This document shows, piece by piece, positions 24,271 through 37,665 of a stretch of 64,000 nucleotides of DNA. This stretch comes from Felis catus (Eukaryota). Both the position numbers and the translations under genes were made by a program. Numbering within the stretch: position 1 is the stretch's first letter; every line of letters starts with the position of its first letter. The stretch spans positions 61,816,001 through 61,880,000 of the forward strand of contig NC_058368.1 of assembly GCF_018350175.1 (NCBI RefSeq), written 5' to 3'. The notes under the pieces were generated by a model. The model did no database searches. It saw nothing but the letters and a program-made list of their open reading frames with translations, and had not been told where the DNA came from.

Positions 24271-25372
24271 ATGTGTGATATCTGATAAGGGGTTAAAACC
24301 TAAAATGTATGTGGAACTCATATAACAATAACAGAGAACAACCCAATTGAAGAATGAGCAAAGGACCTGAATAGTCATTTTTGTTTTTGTTTTCCAAATA
24401 AAACATGCAAATGGCTAACAGGTATATGAAGTGTTGAGCATATCACCAATTGTCAGATAATTGCAAATCAAAGCCACAGTGAAATATCACCTAATATCTC
24501 TTAAGATGGTCATTATCAAGAAGATAAGAGACAGTAAGTACTGGTGAGAATGTGGAGAAAAGGGGACACTTGTATACTCTTGGTGGGAATGTACTAGCAT
24601 ACGGCCATTATGAAAAACAAAATGGTGGTTCCTCAAAAAATTTTAAATGGAACTGCTCTTTGATCCAGGATTCTCACTTCTGGGTATATATTTGAAGGAA
24701 ATAGAATCACTCTCTGAAAGAGATATCTGAACCTCCACATTTATTGCAGCTTATTTACAATAGTCACTACATGGAAACAACATAAGTGCCTGAAATAGAT
24801 GAATAGATAAAGAAAAAATGGTGCATATATACAATTGAATATTATTCAGACAAAAAAAAAGGAATTCTGCCATTTACAACAACACAGATTAACCTTGAGG
24901 GTATTCTCCTAAGTAAAATGAGTCAGAGAAAGACAAATGTTGTATGATCTCAGTTACATGTGGAAGCTAAAAAAAAAAAAAAAGAAAGAAAAAGAAAAAA
25001 GTCTATCTCATAAAAACAGAGAGAAGATTGGTGATTGTCCTCAACTCAGAGGTTGGAAAAATGGGGAGATGTTCGTCAAAGGGTACAAACTTTCAATTAT
25101 AAGATGAATAAGTTCTGAGGATCTAATATATAGCAAGGTGACTATATTCAACAATACAATGCTGTCTTTTATACTTGAAATGTGCTAAGAGAGTAGATCT
25201 GAAATGTTCTCATCACACACACAGAATTCATAACTATGTTAGGTGATGGATGTGTTAATTAACTTAATTGTGGTAATTATCTTACAATATATACATATAT
25301 CAAATTATTACCTTGTAAGCCTTAAGTTTACACAGCGTTATTTGTCATATCTCAAGAAGTCTGGGGAAAAAC
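24271..25372 (+). mobile_element. L1 3' segment (ORF2 end and L1MA-like/L1_Carn 3'UTR)
   Basis: Begins atatctgataaggggtta; 3'UTR gggtacaaactttcaattataagatgaataagttctgagg; ends ctggggaaaaa. Confidence 0.9.
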
Positions 25373-26185
25373 ATATCAACTCATGTGTCTTTTGAAATTT
25401 GAGAAAGATATAAAATAAATAAACCTCATTAACTAGTATTTCAGTTATATTTTATTTCATGTGTGTAATCCATTGGGATTTGCCCTAAAAAATTTCAGAA
25501 TGCATCTTTATATTTCATCAGACTGCGACGGGAAAAATATCATAGAAGTCTATGGAAAACAGAAGTTCTTTGTTTCTCAATGATGTTGAAGAGCTTGATG
25601 CTCTTGAAACATTATGAGGTTGAAGAGCCTAATGGTAACAATTACCTCTGGGTACTCAAATTGAGAATGAAAACTATAAAGCAAACTCACTAAACTGCAT
25701 CAATCTGCCCTCAATTACAATGAAACTTATCTTGAATGTTCTAATACATATGCTGACACCTGCTTTTTTGCATTGGTAGAATTAAATTCAGACATGATAA
25801 CTTTGTGAAGGGTAAGCCAGAAAAATGAAAATGACAACAGTTATAGAATGATCCCAATTTTGTTCAAGCTGGAGATGTTTTCCCAAATGACTGAAAGTAG
25901 TTTATAATTCAATTCATTTAAAGTTCCAAGTTTCAGTCATTTGTCAGTGGTACTCTAAATTGGTAACTTATAACAATTATTTTGCTTGGAAGGTTAGTTT
26001 TTTTTTCCCCCTTGTTGGCCTGATTATGGATTTTTTTCCCCACCAAATATCTTTCATCATATCTAAGACTGAACTATTTCAACTCCAGAATTATCAGTTG
26101 TTTTACTTTCCAATAGCACAAAGACAATTATAAGCTCTCATTAACACCATCAATAATTTTGGAAATAAACACAAGCATATCTTGA

Positions 26186-26244
26186 AACTACAAAATATAC
26201 AAAATATACAAAATATACAAAATATACAAAACTACAAAATATAC
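26186..26244. repeat. 9-bp minisatellite (CAAAATATA)n, ~6 units
   Basis: Directly visible. Confidence 0.9.
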
Positions 26245-26754
26245 CTATACCCTTGTGTGGTAGTCTTTACTAGATAAAATTAATACCTTAAAAACTGTAA
26301 TATGCATCTTAATAGGGAACAATTGTGTTCATTCCAAAGGTAAATTAGTGCACACTTTAGTGTTATCCAGGAGAAGGGAGAGACAGAAAACATCTTTTCT
26401 GGGTTGCTAAATGATATTTGCCAATAGTTTTTAGATTCATGACAAATGAACTCAAAATACTAATGACATAAGCTTCCTATCAAAAATATTAGATGCATCT
26501 TTGTTTGATTCTTTATAAATTCATACCTTTAGCATAAATAATCTCAGGATTATTTAAGCCCTGCATGCTTATATTCATTGTTTCACGATGACAGGACTTC
26601 ATGAGCCATTGAGCAGTGAACAATTCTACCACATATCCTTACTCCTAAATCTTCCTTTTGCTGAGAAGTTTCATGTTTTAATAACAATAAGAAGAATGGT
26701 AACACAGATATGCCTTTATGTATCCTCCATACCTACCACAGGAAAAAAAATATA

Positions 26755-27332
26755 TAATCAGTTCTATTACAATGATTCTTTTGAAAATGCAAATTTGTTC
26801 CAAGACAACTGGTATATTAGGGAATGATTTGAGAACAATGCAATGTATTTGTTTATGCACGATTTCATCCGTGGAACATTAAATAAATGCAACACACTGC
26901 ACCTGGTTGAACGTAGATAAATAAGAATACACAAAATACACATACAAACACCGTAAACATCTACCAGGTACATTAGTTCGGCATGTGTGTTTTGACTCAG
27001 ACCCAACCACATACACTGTTACAACTTTCTGTGTGACTTTCAGGTAACCCTTCTTTCACCTCTTCACCGTAACTCACAAGATACAAGTTTTCAGAAGCCC
27101 ATTTCTACAAGCAAACTTCAGTTTTTATTCAAGGTTATATACTATATATATTGTGGTATTTATGTATTTCATAACAAATTAACATGTATAAAAAGGTGCT
27201 ACATTTTTTTTAGTTTCCTCTCTTTTTAAAAAATGTTTCCATGATGAATTATTGACTGTTGTGCCCCAGAGCCATTTCCCCTGTAAGCCCTGCTGCTTTG
27301 CTGAGCAATTTTGCATAGCTTTGATAATTTTC
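26755..27332 (+). mobile_element. Non-autonomous Tigger (TcMar) element, Tigger8-like
   Basis: TA|TAATCAGTTCTATTACAATGATTCTTTTGAAAATGCAAATTTGTTCCAA…CAAGCAAACTTCAG… is collinear with a recalled Tigger consensus. Right TIR lost. Confidence 0.7.
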
Positions 27333-27719
27333 TGTAGTGGGGTGATTTATACAGAGATGTATAATTTTAGGGCTCAGATTTGAAATTCTAGAAGAAATAG
27401 AGGCTTTAAAAAATTGAATGTACTGAAGGTGACTCAATAGGAGAAAAACTATAAAGGTTACCAAAAATCGAACACTAAAATAACAGCAAAATTCAGTGGT
27501 TTTATATGTAACCTGAAAGGCACTGATAATTACTAAATTATGAAAATTATTCTAGAAAACAAAAATGCAAGACTAACTTTCTACCAAAATAATAAGTAAC
27601 TGTGCAGTTATTATCAAAATTACACTAATTATAGCTGAAAATCAGTCCTAAATTAACTATACAGAAAAATAACCATCAATAACTTTAAAAGTACAAATGA
27701 CAGACTCCAAGTTTTTTCA

Positions 27720-28296
27720 CTACTTTTTAGAGACAAAAGCTTCTCACATTAATAAAAAAAAAGATAAATAATCAGTGGAAACACTGACACAGGCATTTGT
27801 GCAATTTATGAGATAAAAGAAATACTCCTTAAAAATAGAATCAACTTCACTACTGATAGGAAATAAACTCCACAAAATACAGTTTTTTCCTATAATGTAT
27901 GTAAAACATAAAATTTTTAATTGCTGGTTTTGGTAAAAATATGGAGGAGTTGTCACTAATCGATATTCGTTGTTGGTTGGGGCATAAATTTGTACATTTA
28001 GATTGAGTTTACTTAACAATATTAAAAGTATGAATTATCCATAATTCTGTTCTATTACCTTTGGGAAACTAGCATAAAAAATCATTTAAGGGGTAAATAT
28101 ATATGAAAAAATATGTAATTTCATGTCTCTTTTCCATAAAAAGTAGCAAAATAATTAAAATATCTCTAACTAGAGTATAAGCTAAATAAAATATTTTATA
28201 TCCATGTGATATCTCACTCAGCAGCAATGAAAAGAGGAACAGTTCTGTGTATATATCATATTTCATAAAATACATAGAGTATAATCTGATATTAAA

Positions 28297-28335
<39 letters not shown>

Positions 28336-28480
28336 CATAACATAAACAAATGTCTGGAATGATATTGACCTTTTAACACAGTTACTTCTTATTGGATGGA
28401 ATTGAAAATGAAAAAAGGAAGTAGAATTCTTACAATACATTCTTTCAAAAAATAAAAGCATTGTAACTTAAAAAATTATA
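27720..28480 (+). mobile_element. Ancient L1ME-like 3' end containing a (TG)n expansion at ~28299-28332
   Basis: Decayed ORF2-end/3'UTR pattern (caacttcactactgataggaaat…ttgttggttggggcataaatttgtaca). Confidence 0.6.
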
Positions 28481-28540
28481 TTTTCATAATTCTCTCCATT
28501 CCTAAATTATTTAAAAATTGAAATATTAAAAAAAAGCCCA

Positions 28541-28775
28541 GGGGCGCCTGGGTGGCGCAGTCGGTTAAGCATCAGACTTCAGCCAGGTCACGATCTCGCG
28601 GTCCGGGAGTTCGAGCCCCGCATCGGGCTCTGGGCTGATGGCTCAGAGCCTGGAGCCTGTTTCCGATTCTGTGTCTCCCTCTCTCTCTGCCCCTCCCCCG
28701 TTCATGCTCTGTCTCTCTCTGTCCCAAAAATAAATAAACGTTGAAAAAAAAAATTAAAAAAAAAAAAAGAAAAGA
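28541..28775 (+). mobile_element. Young feline SINEC (SINEC_Fc-type)
   Basis: CpG-rich with diagnostic GCCAGGTCACGATCTCGCGGTCC and TGGGCTGATGGCTCAGAGCC; long A-tail; perfect TSD AAAAAAAAGCCCA at 28528-28540 and 28776-28788. Confidence 0.98.
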
Positions 28776-28849
28776 AAAAAAAAGCCCATTAAGCAGAATT
28801 GCAATCAAGTCTTTACAGAAGAAAGAATTGGCTCTCTAACTCTTACTTT

Positions 28850-29324
28850 GAATACAATAGCCAGATGAGTTTTTCAGTTCTCTCTGGCTCAGAAATGTAG
28901 CTTTTATATGATCCCCCATCAAAGACAATCTTTCACAGTTCATATATGGAAAGGAAAATATTACTCAAGTAGAACTGAGGTGAGACAACCAAATCTATGT
29001 CTCCAGCCCTCCTGATACAGTTAATGATGGCCATCTGAATTAGAATCAAAATGCAGGTATTCAGGGTAGTCAAAACACAATGCTTCTCATTCTTCAATAT
29101 TTACATTGACTCATAAACTACTGGTGGTAGGTAATGATTTGAGGTAAACTTTGATTATGTAAATACAGAACAAGAGACAATATTGACAACATACAACACT
29201 GATGAAGAGAGAATTAAGATGAGAGAGATCATGTAGACCCTTAGTAACTACGTGTCTGACTTTCCAGTTATTGTCTCTGAAATTTGTACTTTGAAATTTT
29301 TTTAATTAATTAATTAATTAATTA

Positions 29325-29396
<72 letters not shown>

Positions 29397-29657
29397 CACA
29401 GGGGAGGGGTAGAGAGATAAGGAAAGAGAGAATTCCAAGCAGGCTCCATGCTGAGCATGAACCTAAAGCTCGATTTCATGACCATCAGATCATTACCGGA
29501 GCCAAAATCAATAATCGGACACTTAAGCAACTGAGCCTCTGAAGCTTGTACTTTGAAGCCCATGAGATTGTCCTTTATATACTTTGAGTATTCATATATC
29601 TGAACAAACTTGAGTGAGTTTCAATTTATATCAACCAAAATATATTGAATTAGAACA
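28850..29657 (+). mobile_element. Possible ancient ERVL/MaLR-type LTR interrupted by a SINE
   Basis: 3' end aacttgagtgagtttcaatttatatcaaccaaaatatattgaattagaaca resembles LTR16/MLT1 termini; heavily decayed. Confidence 0.35.
29296..29545 (-). mobile_element. Can-SINE with compound (TG)n(AG)n microsatellite
   Basis: TSD TTGTACTTTGAA at 29284-29295 and 29546-29557; microsatellite at ~29326-29396. Confidence 0.92.
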
Positions 29658-31139
29658 TTCTCTAAGATTTTTCTCCAATTCTGTAATTTGAATAATTTCA
29701 CTTACCAAACCACAAATTCATTTCTACTAAACCCAAATACACAATGTACACAAATTCTGAGCACAAAGTGAACTAATTATCTTAGTTTCTTTTCTTTTTC
29801 ATAATAACATCTGAGCCTATTATTTTATATTTAAGAATCCCTTCCAGTGAAAAAGGTATCTGGAAGTTGGGAAGAAACATACTGAATATATTATTTAAAT
29901 GTATAACTAAAATACTATTTAGAAATAAGTTTAATGGGTATTCTTGACTTTGTAAATAACCTATAATTTTGTTCAATTAATTAGTTTACTAATGTTCTGT
30001 GTCTGACAGATTATAAATACTTTTTGAAAAACAAATCAGCAAATGAAGACATCTTACTGAATTTAACATCAAAATTGCAAAGATAATTTAAGAATATAAT
30101 CCACCTTGTAGTTACTATAATTACTGTTTTAATTATGGATAATATGACCATTTATGTTTGCATTTGAAACTTCCTCTGAATTTTTTATAAGCAAAGAATT
30201 TCAATACAAAGTGTGCAGCAATTGCCTATTGTTATATGAAAAAGCAAGGGCAATAAACAGCACAAATAAAATACTTCCATATCCACAATTGATAGTAATT
30301 CAAACCAAGAAGACTCCAGGAGAACTATGAAGACGTCGATACTCTTGGATGTGATAATCTTTTAATGCTCTCTCTCTCTGTTTCCATCTTTTATGTCTGT
30401 AAAGAGTCTAAAAGAAACTGGTTGAAGGCACATTTGAATGAATACATTAGCAGATTTCTTATCTTTCTTTAAGGATATTTGTATTAAAATCTTTTTCATC
30501 TGTATTTGAATAATGAAAGGCGCTGCATTGCTAAGAAGAGTGGCACGAACCGTGAATAGTTAAATGGAAATTTGAGGGAGGGAAGAGAACTTTCTCTATT
30601 GTTATCTACCAAGTGAAGTAGACATATCAATCCTCCACCTCCATCCAAATCAATCCTTCTTACTCTTTTTATGTACCCATCCTGTGATTTCTAAGTGCTT
30701 TCCTACTAATTATCTATCTGTGACTGTCTTCTGAGGACTGCCCTTGAGCTACTTAACTGCTGTGCTGGCAAGTGCAGTGAGCAGGAGGTACCTGTGTTGG
30801 GACTTTGCCAAGTCAAAACTTTGCTCAGCTTTTCCCGTGCTCTGCTCTGTTTCCTTGACTTCTTTACCAGTCTTGACTCAAGCACTTCCTTCAGAGGTAC
30901 CTTGAATGCAAGCTCTTATTTAAGATGCGCTTGTGGAGGACTCATCTTAAGACAACACCTCTTTTTTTCTCATGCAATATATATACAGCACACCTACACA
31001 CACACACATACAATGTGTATATGCAATGCGATGCAGCAGTGCAATGATAATTATGGTGCAGCAATAAATATACTGATGATGAAGCCCTATTATGAATAAC
31101 CTTGATTTTTTTTCTTTTTAGCAATATTTTTCCATTTGA

Positions 31140-31315
31140 GGGGTACTTGGGTGGCTTAGTCAGTTGAGAGTCCAACTCTTTGTTTGGACTCAGGTCATGA
31201 TCTCACAGGTCATGGATTCGAACCCCCCCAGTATTATCATAGGCTCTGTGCTGACAGTGCGAAGCCTGCTTGGAATTCTCTCTCTCATCCTCTCTCTCAA
31301 AATAAACAAACTTTA
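31140..31315 (+). mobile_element. Older Can-SINE
   Basis: GGGGTACTTGGGTGGCTTAGTCAGTT head; CTCTCTCAAAATAAACAAAC tail. Confidence 0.88.
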
Positions 31316-31457
31316 AGTTTCCTACAAAAATACAAATATTGATAACTCAGACTCAGGATCTACTCTTCAAATGTATGTGTCTCTAAGGGTGTGTGTATGT
31401 GTGTATGCATGCTTATTATTAACAACAAATAATCAATAAATAAAATGAGTTAGATAA

Positions 31458-31948
31458 TGCATTAGTTATTTATTGTTGGATTAGTTTTTCCAACTCTTAG
31501 TGGCTGAAAGTAACAAACATTTATATTCTCTTTCTCTTTATATTGTCTTTCATGAGGTTACATTCAAGCTGTCAAATAGGGCCGCATGCAATCTTATCAA
31601 AAGATCTGAGTGGGGAGAGAGATGGGATTCATCTCCAAGCTCAGCCATGTGATTATTGTCAAACCTCAGTCCTTCACCACATCAGCCTCTCCACAGGAAT
31701 GCATGTGGTATAGAAACTGACTTTTGTCAGGGCAAGTAGTTCAACATAAAACAAGAGAGTTCCCAGGACATAATCCATAGTCTCTGATAATCTAATCTTG
31801 AGAGTGAAACCCATTATTTCTGTCTTATTCTATCAGATAGAAGCAAATCAAGAAGTTCAGTCCACTTTCAAGAAGATGATATGAGACAATGGCATGAATG
31901 CCAAGACTCAAGGATCACCCGGACAATGTTAGAAGCCACCTAACTATA
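31458..31948 (-). mobile_element. MaLR LTR (MLT1F/H-like)
   Basis: cttagtggctgaaagtaacaaacattta…ctccaagctcagccatgtg…ggcatgaatgccaaga…ttagaagccacctaactata. Confidence 0.75.
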
Positions 31949-32900
31949 GTCCTTTTCCTGGTCCCTAATGACCCACATTCCTTCTATATGCAATCTATTA
32001 CCCCTCAACTTCGGGTCTCCAGAAGTATCTTCTCATTACAGCATTAACTCAAAGTTCAGAATCTTGCCTTCTGGTTCAGATTCTGGTGTGAATAAGTCTC
32101 CTCTGCTGTAGTTCCTTAACTCTAATACATTGAGTACAGTTCCTCTTGATGTGTACCTGTCACCTTAAAGGGACAAGCCTGTTTCCTGCATGTAGAATCA
32201 TGGAGCTCCAAAAGCTTCTCCCCATTCTACACTGACTGTTATTCCTCAGCACAGGCTGGGAATGTTTCTGCTATATACAGCACTTTTAAGAACTTCGTGA
32301 GTTTTCAGGCATGCCTGGTTGGCTTAGGCAGTTAAGCGGCTGACTCTTGGTTTCAGTTCAGGTCATGATCTCATGGTCCCAGGATTGAGTTCCATGTCTG
32401 GCTCTACACTGAGAGCATGGAGCCTACTTGGGTTTCTCTTTCTCCCTCTCTCTCTGACCCTCCTCTGCTTGCTGCCTTTCAAAATAAACAAACTTAAAAA
32501 AAAAAGAACTTTGTGAGTTTTCAGAAAATTTTCTTGGAATTCCCTCCATTATACAGAAGCCATACTCACAAAACTCCTCGAGATAAACATTTCTCGAGTG
32601 GGTGCTTCGAGGGGATTGGTGAGGCATATCCTCCATGCTCTTAAAGGGCCTTTTACATGACTCCTTACTGTTCTCATCTGATCATTCTGAAGAATTTTAA
32701 AAAGATTCTATAGTCACATTAAATTTCCGTTTAGACCATATTCTCCTATTTTCCTAGTAGTATTTGGATTTGATCTTTGCTCTTAAGGCATTCATTAATT
32801 TTAACTTTTTTTTTTCTTTTTGGACAGGTTGGAATTTTAGAACCATTAACTCCTTGCTCCTGTTTTATTTAAGAGTCCTTCCCTTAATCTATCTAATTCC
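31949..32900 (-). mobile_element. MaLR internal sequence (MLT1-int), SINE-interrupted
   Basis: Follows the LTR directly and resembles 53594-54800 in this window (tctcattacagcattaactcaaagttcagaatcttg vs tcatcatattcaatttgagttctaggatcctg). Confidence 0.65.
32309..32503 (+). mobile_element. Older Can-SINE
   Basis: Up to 21-bp TSD AAGAACTT(C/T)GTGAGTTTTCAG at 32288-32308 and 32504-32524. Confidence 0.93.
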
Positions 32901-34915
32901 CCACAAGAGTATATCCACTCAAAGATATATTTTTTTCATCAATGTATATAATAATGCATAGAAAATATCATAAATCCTGTAGTAAATAACTAGGCAAACT
33001 AAGTGTTTCTAAAAGTATAGCGAGTAGCATCACCTTTGGGCTTTGATTAGAAATGTTTTCTGTGCAGCAAGTGTTCATCCAATTCCTTCCCTCTTTTCTG
33101 TGGGAATAAATCAACCCTCTCCAATTTATAAGGTATAGCAGGATTCAAGGGTAAATACCATAAAACAGATTGTCAAGACTGCTGTTTATTTAGGCAAAAT
33201 GATTTATTTCGACTTCTAACAACCAGCTGGGTTCATGAAGCAGAAATCAAATACAGGTTTGTGGAATTGTTGAGTTATTAATATTGGGTCGTCTTGCCTG
33301 AAGACCAGTCTGGAAGGTGGTGTTAGGGTAGCAGACTCAGTTCAGGGTGGCCAGCCAGGCAGCTATCTATGATACAATGCATATATCTTTGAAGAATTTA
33401 CATGAATGATGTCCATAAACAGGGCTTCACAAGTTGCTCTTTACAGGAAAATTAAATGGCGCACCTTCCAACAAATAGACCAAGCCTTATTCTGTAAATT
33501 AAATCATGATTCTCAGCAAGTGATAGCCTGTTTCTGCTAAGTAGGTTTTCAATCTGTACATACTAGTACTAAGGTACAACATGTACCAGTCAGTCTATAG
33601 TCGACTGAAGTCAGCAAAGTATGTGAAGCTGGTTACCAAGAATAAATTACTAATGTTATCTGGGCTTCCAGCACTTTAATATGCCTCTCTAGAACTTGTG
33701 TGGTCTGTAATATCACAATATACAAATGAACAGAGAACGAAGAAAGGGCGGCAAACATCTTAAATTGCTGTAAGTCAGCCCTAGTGAATATTTCTTAAAT
33801 GACTATTCATTTATTTCCACATAGATTATATCTTTCTGTGTGAGTGTTATTAACACATTCAACTGCCAAGGAAAGACAAATATTTAAATTAAAAATAAAC
33901 ACAGAAAATATAAGTATTATTTTCAGGGTATATAATTAATATTGTATGCTTAACATAAATGAATACATAATAATTGTTAATACAATGCCACTTTTCTGTT
34001 TCTAAAATTTGGGTTCTCTAAGTTCTAAATTTTGGAAACTCTAAATGTATTGAGTTCTATGTTTTGAAGTATACATTATTTTAAATTGCATTTGTATTAT
34101 TTTAAATTGGATGGCATTATACATTTGCCTCCATTTTCCATGGTACTGTGTGGCTAGCTGAGTAGCAACATTTACTTCAAAAATTCAGAGTCTTGGTTTA
34201 AATTTGTTTACACCAGTTATGCCTCTAACATTTTATTGAATTTTGCATAAAAAGAAGTATTTTGAATCAGGGGCTAATGTGTGAGGCAAGTTCATTCAGG
34301 GCAATACAAATGGAAGTATAATTACAGTTCTTAATTTCAGTCCCCATGAGGAGAGAGATCAGTTCAAATGCATGTATATGGTCCTCTAGCAGTGATATCC
34401 TCAACCCATAAGCAAAAGTGGCATGCAAATTAGTAGCTATTCCGTCTTAGAAGGAATGCTTTTTAATTTTTGTAGTCATGGTCTTAGTCAAGACCACAAT
34501 TCACAAATGTATCTATCAGCCTGTTAAACAAAGCGAGACAAGGAGGCACTGATTTTATGGAGGATAAGAGAACCTTTTTGGAATGAGGCCAAGCTCACCT
34601 TAGACTGGAAGGAGCAGTAACATGCAGGTTTTGAATGAGGGAAAAGGAGTGAGTTTACTCTTTCAGGGACACTTCTACTTGATCATGTTTCTCATCTAAG
34701 ACTGAGTGACCAGCATATTAATTCAGATGAAAAAACTTCCCCACATAAAGTAGGAAAGGTAGTAGCAGAAAGAAGATATATTGTGTTTGCAGGATTTCAA
34801 AAACTAAGAGGAGGTGAGGTTATTTGGATGTGTGCTGGAGAAGGAATATATTATTTTCCATTGAGTCTCTGCAAAAGAAACTTAGAAGCACCAGTTCTAG
34901 CCCCTGAGAGCTGAG

Positions 34916-34974
34916 CAAACCTTGAGATCTTACTAGGGTTGAAATCAAACCTCGAGATCTTACTGGGGTTGAAA
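34916..34974. repeat. 30-bp tandem duplication
   Basis: CAAACCTTGAGATCTTACTAGGGTTGAAAT / CAAACCTCGAGATCTTACTGGGGTTGAAA, 2 mismatches. Confidence 0.9.
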
Positions 34975-37541
34975 AACACAGAGATAAAAGTAGACTGGCA
35001 CACACACACATAAATATTGTTTAGATGGCTGTTGATTCTGTGTGTGTGTTTTTTTTTTTTAATCTGGAGTTCTGTTCAGAGAAAACACTGGGTGCCATCA
35101 CACTTCTGTACATGGCAAACGCATATTCAATTCAGGAAAGTGTTACTAGGAGATAAAGATGAATGGAAAGAAAAATCAAGAAGTTTCAAATATTGAAAAA
35201 AGGAGGTAAAGGATACTATCTATTCAGAAATGCCAAATATTTAGAAGTGACAAGACTGAAAATTTTAAAGTAGGCAGAAAACAAAAGAGAATACTACATT
35301 TGATGGAAAAAAAGGCATATGTCGGTAATAGCTCCTTCTTCCAAGATGTTACATTTTAGAACCATAATTAACATGTTAAGAGATTATTTTTAAAACATTT
35401 TAGTCTTGTTATTATAGCAATAGCAGTTCATTACATAGAATTACAAATTAGTTTCCTGATGCAAGAGTTCTCTAAGTTTTAATTTCACAGGTGGTGGAGT
35501 ATGGACAGCTGCCATGGATCAGGAAACAGCCTGTCAAAGCCAAAACTATTAAGCCTAATCAAGTTCAGGTTATATGAACTCATAGTACATCTCCCAACAC
35601 TGCTCTATTACAATCCATTACAGTCTTAATGGGTAGTAGAAACTTAGACCCTTGAGAAAACTTTGAAACTCAGAGATCTCTATCCCCATTTTAAAAGGAT
35701 TATAGAACTGCCACCACCTCAGGAAAGGGCAAGGAAACAAAGTCTCTATTTTGTGCTTTTGATGGGTAAGAGTCTTCTGAGAGAAATCAAAACCCCAAGA
35801 CAAAGCTTAGTTTAACTATTAACTATTTGAATTATTCACAGTGGATGGGAATCCACAAGCCATAAATAAACAAAAATCTACTTGAAATTGATTAAATATT
35901 TGTAAGGTGTAACAGAAACATATTCTGAAACTTCAAAACCATGCCACATTATATATTCTCCCTGAAGAATCCTCACTAAAGACTGGATAACAATTAAATA
36001 AATAAAATATAAGTTAATTTAAAAAAAGACACTGATCTTCAGTGAAAGTTAACAAGAAACAAGAAAATAGTGGAGTGCCACATTAAGACCTTTAAAAGAA
36101 ATTCATTTCTGGCAATTTCAGACTTTGCTGTTTCACCAACCCTCTCACTGAGGGCAATAGACTTCCCTGAACAAGGTGTGTGTGTGTGTTTGCCTGTGCA
36201 CGTGTGTGAGTTTTTTTGGAAAAACACTGGAAGGATTCCAAGGCTGAAAGAATTTTCATGGCTCAGATCAAAGAGTGAAGGTATAGCAAGAGTGAGGAGC
36301 TCAGAAATTGTATTTTCTACCCTCCATAGTACTGTAGATTTCAAAATTCGTTTTAGAGAAGTTGAATTAGCTTTAAACAGTCTCATGGGTTGGGAAGATT
36401 TAAGGAAGGGGGAAAAATCACAGGATGCCAGAAAGGGGAGGAACTGTCAAACACAGGATTTTAGTTGGGAGCTTACAGGGGCACAGCCTAGTAGTGAGAT
36501 GAATTGTAAATATTGTAAAATTGTAAATATTCCAAACGATGAAGCCCCCAGCTTAAATTCATTCAATCATTTGTTGATTTGAAGTGAACCAACTCTAGTA
36601 CACCTTCCTGTCCAAGACCAAAGGTGTCTAGCACCACACCTGTGGTTGGAGGGAGATGACATCTGTCAAAGTCTCAAAGTAGCTCCCCAACAGATCATAT
36701 TGAATAGCTGGCAATTGTTAAAAAGAAGCTGAACTGTGTGATGAAAATAGAGAATTAATAAGCAAATGAAGAAAAATGACATGTGGAACAACATAACTGA
36801 ATTCAATTGAATACAATCAAATACATAATAAGCGACCTGGAAGATAGATTAGAAGAAAGTAGCAGCAGTGAAATCTCTAGACTTTACAATTAAGCCTAAC
36901 ATATCTGTGGTATCATAAGGGAAGTTGCCAGAGAATGGGAAAGAACTTATAAATGAAAAAAAAAGTAGCTGAAAATTTTCAAGCTACAGAGTCAGGAATT
37001 ACTATAAATCTCAAGCAGATGATTAAAAGAAAAAAAGGATCACAGCTTAGCATATCACATTAGAGCCACAGGGCGAAAAAGAGAAATTAAATTATTAAGA
37101 TTGGCAAATATACATCACATATTGTAGAAGAAAAGAAATGGTATAACCAGGCCCAATGATAAGGGTGATATATTAATTCTAGGCAGAAATAATGGAAGCG
37201 AAAACAGTTAATGAAATTTTCAGAATGGTGAAAGAAATAGCTGTTAATATAGAGTTCAAAATTCTGAAAAAATATGCTTAAAAAGAAGATATTTTCAAGA
37301 AATAAAAACAGTTAGCTTTTTTTTTAACAGATCTATGTTAAAGAAAATAACAAACAATGTTTTTTTTAGGTGCAAGGAAACTCAACCAGATAGAATCTTA
37401 AATGTGAGAGGAAAACATGAAAGCAAGAAAAAGCATGAATATGAGGCTGCATATTAACAAATATTGATTGCATAAAATGACAACAAAAACCAACATAATA
37501 ATTAAAACAACAACACATTGTGGATATAAAACATATGTAGA

Positions 37542-37665
37542 GGGGCGCCTGGGTGGATCAATTAAGCACTGATTGTTGATCTCAGATCAAGTCTTCATTT
37601 CAGAGTCATGGGTTCAAGCCCCACACGAGGCTCCATGCTGGGTGTGAAGTCCACTTAAACAAAAC
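37542..37665 (+). mobile_element. Short Can-SINE lacking the (CT)n segment
   Basis: Head and body run straight into the A-tail; TSD AAAACATAT(G/A)TAGA at 37528-37541 and 37666-37679. Confidence 0.88.

Noticed and set aside
36070..36582. Longest ORF in the window (170 aa) with an overlapping antisense ORF
   Set aside because: GTG start, runs through a (TG)n tract, no recognisable domain, and adjoins a decayed L1 5' region.
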